Source: Blastocladiella emersonii ATCC 22665 (taxonomy: Eukaryota; Fungi; Blastocladiomycota). From it: a DNA stretch of 64,000 nt. Positions 58,402-64,000 of this stretch are shown one piece after another. The stretch lies in contig JANHCV010000007.1 of NCBI GenBank assembly GCA_025594325.1, positions 1,426,001 through 1,490,000 on the forward strand, given 5' to 3'. Made by a program: the position numbers and the translations under genes. Below the pieces are notes generated by a model. It had not been told where the DNA came from. It worked only from the letters and a program-made list of their open reading frames with translations, and searched no databases. Positions within the stretch are counted from its first letter, which is position 1, and each line of letters begins with the position of its first letter.

Positions 58402-58615
58402 ACGCGTGAGACACTGTTCCTCGCGCATCATTCGTCGCCGCGGCCGAAAGTTGCCACCCTCGCGATTGGCCCAATCTCAAGCAGCGAGGAAAGAGGCACA
58501 AGATCAATGAAGAGCGTGGAATGTAATTGATACTCTAGAAGAAGAGGCGACAACACGGGGACAGATAATACACGACACGACACGACACCACGACACTTCG
58601 CGTGCCCGTACTCTC

Positions 58616-61600
58616 TCACTCGGGCCAGAGCCGGTGTCCGGCACCGCTGAGAACCCCATCGACGCCGACACCCACGCCGCCTAGCCCCATCCCAAGCGCG
58701 CCGCCACCGCCGCCGACGTCGGCGGGCGACATGGGTATGAGTTCGGACGGGTACGCGCTGACGCACGCCAGCGTGCCCACGGGCACAACCGCGTCCGCGG
58801 TGACTGCCGACGAGACGCTCGGCATGTCGTAGCAGCTGGCGAACGGTGCCGACGCGTGACGCGAGTCACCGCCGTGATGGCTGACGTGGTGGCGGAACGG
58901 CGGCCGGCGCGGGTCCTTGACGGTGCACGGGATGAGCTGCGGCGACCCCATGGCGGCGGTCGACGAGGCAGCGTTGGCGGCGGCGGCGGCCGCCGAGGAG
59001 GAGGGCAGGCCGAACCGGATCAGGGCCTGGATACTGCCCCACTCGATGATCTTGGACTCGAGCCAGCGCAGGTTGATGGGTTTCGACACGAAGTCGTTGC
59101 ACCCGGCGTTGATGGCGTTCTTGCGGTCCTCGGTGCTGCTGGACGCCGTGAGCGCGACCACGATGCACCGGAACAGCGCCGACGACCCGCTGACCGCGGC
59201 CGGCGTGTCGAACCGGCCGCCGACGGACGTGGCGAGCGCGAGCGCCGACGCGACCGTGGACTGCTGCGACCGCGGCGAGCCGGCGGCCGTCGACGTCTGC
59301 GGGGCATCGAGGAGCGGGATCTCGGGCGCCGCCCCGACGCCGAGCGCGGTGCGGTCGAGCAGCAGGTCGCCCGGCCCGCTCCAGTGGTGCCGGACCGTGC
59401 CGTTGGCGTGGTTGTTGGGCCCGCTCGACGTGCGCGTGCGCGTGCGCTGGTTGGCGCCCACGTCGGCGTGCGCGAGCAGGGCCTCGAGGCCGCGCGCGAA
59501 CACGGGTTTCGGGTCCTCCTTGCCACCGGCGCCCGCGCGTTTCTGATTCCGGACGGGCGACAGGCACGCGCTGCTGGTGGCGCCATCGACGAGGTCCGGG
59601 TTCCACTCGCCGAGGCGGGCCGACGACGGGGACGCCGGCGGCTCGGCCGCTGCGGCGAGGGCGAGCGCGCCGCCGAGCGGGACCTCGGCCGCGTCGCCGG
59701 CGGGCACGCTGATCTGCGGCGGGGGCGGCGCCAGCGGGGGCGGCGGCGGCGGCGGGTCGACGAGGAGGAGGCGGTTGGAGACGGACGAGGGCGCGCGGGC
59801 GTGGACGGGCCACGAGTCCTCGATAGCGCGCATGCGGCGGGTGGCCTCGAGTCCGTCGAGGACGGGCAGCTGGAGGTCCATGAGGACGAGGTGGAACTCC
59901 TTGCCGGACCCGGGCGGCGCCGCGGCGAACTTGCGCACGGCCTCGGCGCCGTCGCGCGCGCACGAGTAGGTGATGCCGCGGCTGCCGAGGAACGACGTCA
60001 GAATGCGCAGGTTGATCGGGTTGTCCTCGACGAGCAGCACGCGGATCTTGGGGATCACGCGCTGCGAGTGCAGCGGCGGGAAGTGGCTGGGCGGCAGAGG
60101 CGGGCGCAGGCCCGACACGAGGCCCGACATGCCCGAGGGCGCGACCGCGTCGTCAACGCCGCTGCCGCCGCCACCGCCTGCGGGCGCCGGGGTAAACCGG
60201 TCCGCCGTTGGCCCGCCGCGCACCGTCGACGGTGTGCCCGTCATGGCGCGGTCCGAGTCGCTGAGCGCTGCCAGCGCGTCGTGGTCCGACGCCGGCCGCT
60301 CCCACGGGCGCAGGGGCTGCTGGCCCGATACGGGGGTGCCGGATGTCGCCGGCGGCGGTGCGAACGTGGCGACAGGTTCGCTGGTGAAGGGAACCGCGAG
60401 CCCGAGTCCGACAGGTGCCGCCGGCGCGGGCGGGACGAGCCCGGCCTCGAGCTCCGCGTCCGCGGCAGCCGCGCCGCGAGTCAACGGCGGCGTCACCGTG
60501 ATCGCGACAGACGGGATCGGCACCGCCGCCGCGGGCACCGGCACCGGCATCGGCTCGAGCGGCAGCGGAAGCGGCGGCGGCACCGCGGCGCCGAGCCCGA
60601 ACACGGACGGCGGGCCGAACGGCGACATACCGGGTGCGAGCTCGAGCGTGGGCGTGGGCGGGACGCTCATCCAGCTGGCGAGGGCGGCGGCCGAGAGCTC
60701 GAGGTCCGACCCGGCGCGGTCGCTGCTTGCGGCGAGCGCGCTGGCGTCGTCCTCGTCGTCGTCCATGGCGTACAGCACCTGCTCGCGCAGGTCCGACAGG
60801 TACGCGAGGACCTTGGGCACGGGCGACTGGCGGCGGCCGACCATGACGTTGAGGACGAACCCGGCGGCGTGCAGCGCCGCGAGGCTGATGGGCGACACCG
60901 CGGCGGCGGCGGCCGGGGCCGAGGCGGCGGCGGCGGCCCCGTGCGCTGGCGATCCCATGCACGTCGCCGCGGCAGCAGCGAACGGCGACGGCTGGCCAGC
61001 GAGCGCAGCGAGAAACTCGACGGCGTCGTCGGGGGTCTCGAGGACCGCGAGGATCCCGACCGTCTTGTTGACGGCCTGGGCCGTGGTCGGGCTCATGGGG
61101 ACGGCGGCGACCCGGTCGGCGTGGGCGGCAACGAGCTCGGCGAGCGCCGCGAGCCCCGACTCGGGCCGCGGCACGTCGAGGATGAGCAGGTTCGGGAGCA
61201 CCTCGACGCGCAGCGAGTGCAGGTGGCAGAACGGGATCGCGCCCCACTGCGTGTTCCACTCCATGAGCTCGCTCGGCGCCGCGCACGCTTGGGTGCAGAG
61301 GTCGCGCGCCGCCGCATCCGACGTCAAGGACGAGGAAGGGGCGGTCGCAGTCGCAGTCGCAGTCGCAGTCGCGGTCACCGGCGCGGTGCGCCGCGTTACG
61401 GGGCGGAGGCACCCGCGCGCGTTGCGCGACTCGGACGGCGTCGTGGACCTGGCGCGCTCGGGGATCGCGGTGGCGGGCACGAGGACGGCAGCGGCGGAAG
61501 ACGAAGACGATGATGATGATGATGCCTCGCGGCGGACCGCGGGCTTGTCGTCGCCCGAGTGGTGCCCGCGCGTCTCGGTAGCGTAGAACCCGAGCAGCTC

Positions 61601-63317
61601 GCAGTTGCCCGCGCCGCCGTGCATGAGCCAGAAGCACAGGCGCGCGAGCGACTCGCGGTCGTCCTCGGACGCGGTCTCGGGGTCCATGGCGCCGCCGACG
61701 CCGAGCGCGGCCAGGTGGTCGGCCGTGGCCAGCGACCCGGGCGGATCGGTCGTCGTCGATGACGACGCGGTAGCCCCCGCCGCCGGAACGTGGTACGGCG
61801 AGAGGTGCTGCGGCACGTTGGTGAGGCCGGGCGACGGGCGGATGGTGGTGACGGGGAGGCGGATGTCGGCGACGAGGCCCGCAGCGTGGTCGAGGTGCAC
61901 GACCTCGAGCTCGCACCCGAGGTGGCGAAGGCGGTGCTCGAAGCGGGTCCACTGGGCGGCGGCGGCCGCGATGGCCGCGGCTTCCGTCGTCGTCGTCGCC
62001 GAGTCGCCGCCACCACCGCCGCGGTGCATGAGCTGCAGCGACAGCGACGCGTGCGGCTCGTTGCCGTGCATGACGTGCATCACGGCGCAGATGGAGGTGC
62101 CGCCGGGGCGGCCGCACACGAGCGCGTCGACGGCGCACCGGAACACGTACATGAGCAGCTGGCACAGGAACACCTGGTCGGCCACGACCCACGCCGCGGG
62201 GCTCGCGCACACGACGCGGAACGAGATGCGGTTGCGGAACGCGAGGAGGTGGACCTGGATGGATGAAATTGAGACCCGGTCAGCGCTGTTGCTCGGCCCA
62301 CACAAGAATGGGGAAGCGTACCATGTCGGTGACGGCCCAGAACAGGTTACACAGGTCAAACTCGATATCGCGGTCCGACCCGCGCGTCGACGAGCGGCGG
62401 ATGGCGGGGGGCGGGTCGGACGCGGCGGCCACGGACCCGGACGACGAGCGCGGCGCAGTACCCGATGTCGCACCAGCGGCCGCGGGCAGGCGGCGGATCT
62501 CGTGCAGGTTGGCGCGGCGCAGGCCGCCCGAGCCGGCGGGGTCGCCGGGTAGCGACCACGCGGACCCGTGGTGGTGGTGGTGGTCGGCGGGCGCAGCGGC
62601 GGAGGTGGGAGCGGGGAGAAGGCGCGACGAGTCGGCGGCGGACGCGGCGCGGATGACCATGGAGCACAGGTGGATGCCGAGCAGGACGGACCCGCGCAGG
62701 AGCTCGGACGCGGCCTCGATGGCGGGCTGGCCGACGTTGGCGCGGTCGAGCTGGGCGAGGAACTTGCTGGCGTGCATCAGGCACACGGTGGCGGCGGACG
62801 CGGCGAGGGTGCCGAGGCGCGGCTCGGCCAGGATCACGGCCCCATCACGCGCCGACCGCGCGGCGAGGCCGAGCCCGGTGCCGCGGCGCGACGACGACGA
62901 GGTGCGGCGCAGCCAGGTGACGGCGTCCGAGGACTTTGACCGCATCGACTCGAGCCCGCCGCCGACGGGCGCGAGCGCTGCGGCTGCCGCCGCGGCGGCG
63001 GAGGGAGGGGGAGGGGGAGGGACGAGGGTGGTGGCGCCGGCCGAGTTGGCGTGCGCCGGCGGCGGCGTGGCGCTCGGCGACGCGTCGATCAAGACATGCT
63101 GCGACGCCATGGCACGCGCGGCCGAGGGTGGGTGCGGCGATGCGGCGGTCGCATCGGTAGCGGCGGCAGTGGAACCGGAACTGGATGAAGCGGACGCCGC
63201 GACAGCGGTCCACGGGTGGATCATGGCGGCCGAGGCGCGTACGTCGAGGGCGGGCGGGCGGTGGCGGCGGTCCTTGGGCGGGCGCGGCGCGTCGCGCAGC
63301 TCGCTCGGGAGCGACAT
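58616..63317 (-). CDS. SSK1: Ssk1/Mcs4-type response regulator (about 1540 aa, 2 exons)
   Basis: Exons 63317-62322 and 62254-58616 (67-nt phase-0 intron). Receiver domain VLLVEDNPIN...LVLMDLQLPVLDGLEATRRMR...IVVALTAS...AGCNDFVSKP, followed by the Ssk1 signature WLESKIIEWGSIQALI. A degenerate HK-like region (EFDL...VVADQVFLCQLL) lies N-terminal. Confidence 0.88.
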
Positions 63318-64000
63318 GGTGGTGGTGACGGTGACGGTGGTGGATGGTGTGTGGTGTGTGGGAGCGGGAGGGGAGGGTGGGCGCGCGCAATGGATCAAGA
63401 TGGAGCAAGCAGGACGGGCTGAGCGATGTGAGCGAGGGCGAAGAGGGCCGGGCCGCGACGGACGTTGGCGCGCAGAGGCAGGGCGAGGAGGATCACGGCG
63501 GGCGGGCGGGCGGGGCAGCGTGAGTGAGCAAGCGGATGAGCGATCGCGTGTATGGCGTGACGCTGGAAGGCCGCGCCGCGGGTGTGATGGCGACCTTGAT
63601 GACGGTGGGGTCAGGGTGATGTTCGGGATGGCGGGGGCGGGGATCGAGCAAGGTGCCGGCTTAGAGGAGGGAGCAGAGAGCGTGGCGGTCGCGCGCGACG
63701 CCGAGAGCGAGAGCGCGCGGGCGAGGGGGCGGGGGCCGCGATCGGCGGGGGCAACACGGTCCGTCGTGCGCGGGTCACGGCGGTCGGAGCGGTGTGGGAA
63801 CTGGGCACGCGTGCGCTCGGATGGGCAAGACGCGAGTGCCGACGGGGGCAGGTGATGGCAGTGATGGGCAAGGGACGCGATGGGGGCGGGGGGCGGTGAC
63901 GGATGATGAGCGGAGGGAGACGAAGGCGCGCGGTTCCCACGTACCGCGGTGCAGGCTGGGCGGTCGGCCGATCGCCGCCGGCGGGACTCGTTCGGCGCAG

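Noticed and set aside
58565-58600. (ACACG)n microsatellite near the SSK1 3' end, and similar short SSRs
   Set aside because: Ordinary simple repeats with no further structure.
63079-63092. GACGCGTCGATCAA, a 14-nt match to the composite element
   Set aside because: It lies in SSK1 coding sequence (LIDAS on the minus strand) and lacks the CACGTG half. It serves as a caution that the left half alone can arise by chance.

Overview
Eukaryotic, very GC-rich fungal genomic DNA. It has short (about 55-95 nt) GT-AG introns with GTACGT-type donors and CTGAC/CTAAC branch sites. Gene content and family style suggest a zoosporic fungus, probably Blastocladiomycota (inference). No rRNA, tRNA or CRISPR array was seen, and most of the supplied ORF track is GC-driven shadow or antisense ORFs. 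About 20 loci are supportable: an EF-hand + DM9-repeat protein (5' end outside the window), a DHHC palmitoyltransferase, three Msn2-like C2H2 zinc-finger genes, a DUF4097 beta-solenoid membrane protein, a PH/coiled-coil/TM protein, a TmcB-like multi-TM/TPR protein, a Gti1/Pac2 (WOPR) transcription factor, DUF2408/CUB1, NKAP, PKR1, a subtilisin, F-box/LRR loci in various states of decay, a periplasmic-binding-domain + class C 7TM + PH receptor, a bacterial-type APC amino-acid permease, a G/P/Y/C-rich repeat protein and an Ssk1-type response regulator. Standout observations: (1) the DHHC active-site motif is assembled from three consecutive micro-exons of 8, 9 and 9 nt; (2) a fixed-spacing composite element ACGCGT-N8-CACGTG recurs six times in non-coding DNA, three times as a near-identical 23-mer; (3) a ~1 kb element with 107-bp near-perfect inverted arms sits between two divergent ORFs; (4) a decayed Plavaka/CACTA-like transposon carries a second, unidentified passenger ORF and is bracketed by CCCGATTGG repeat arrays; (5) a solute-binding-domain GPCR lies directly upstream of a probably horizontally acquired amino-acid permease. 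All family assignments come from motif recognition by eye; no database searches were run.
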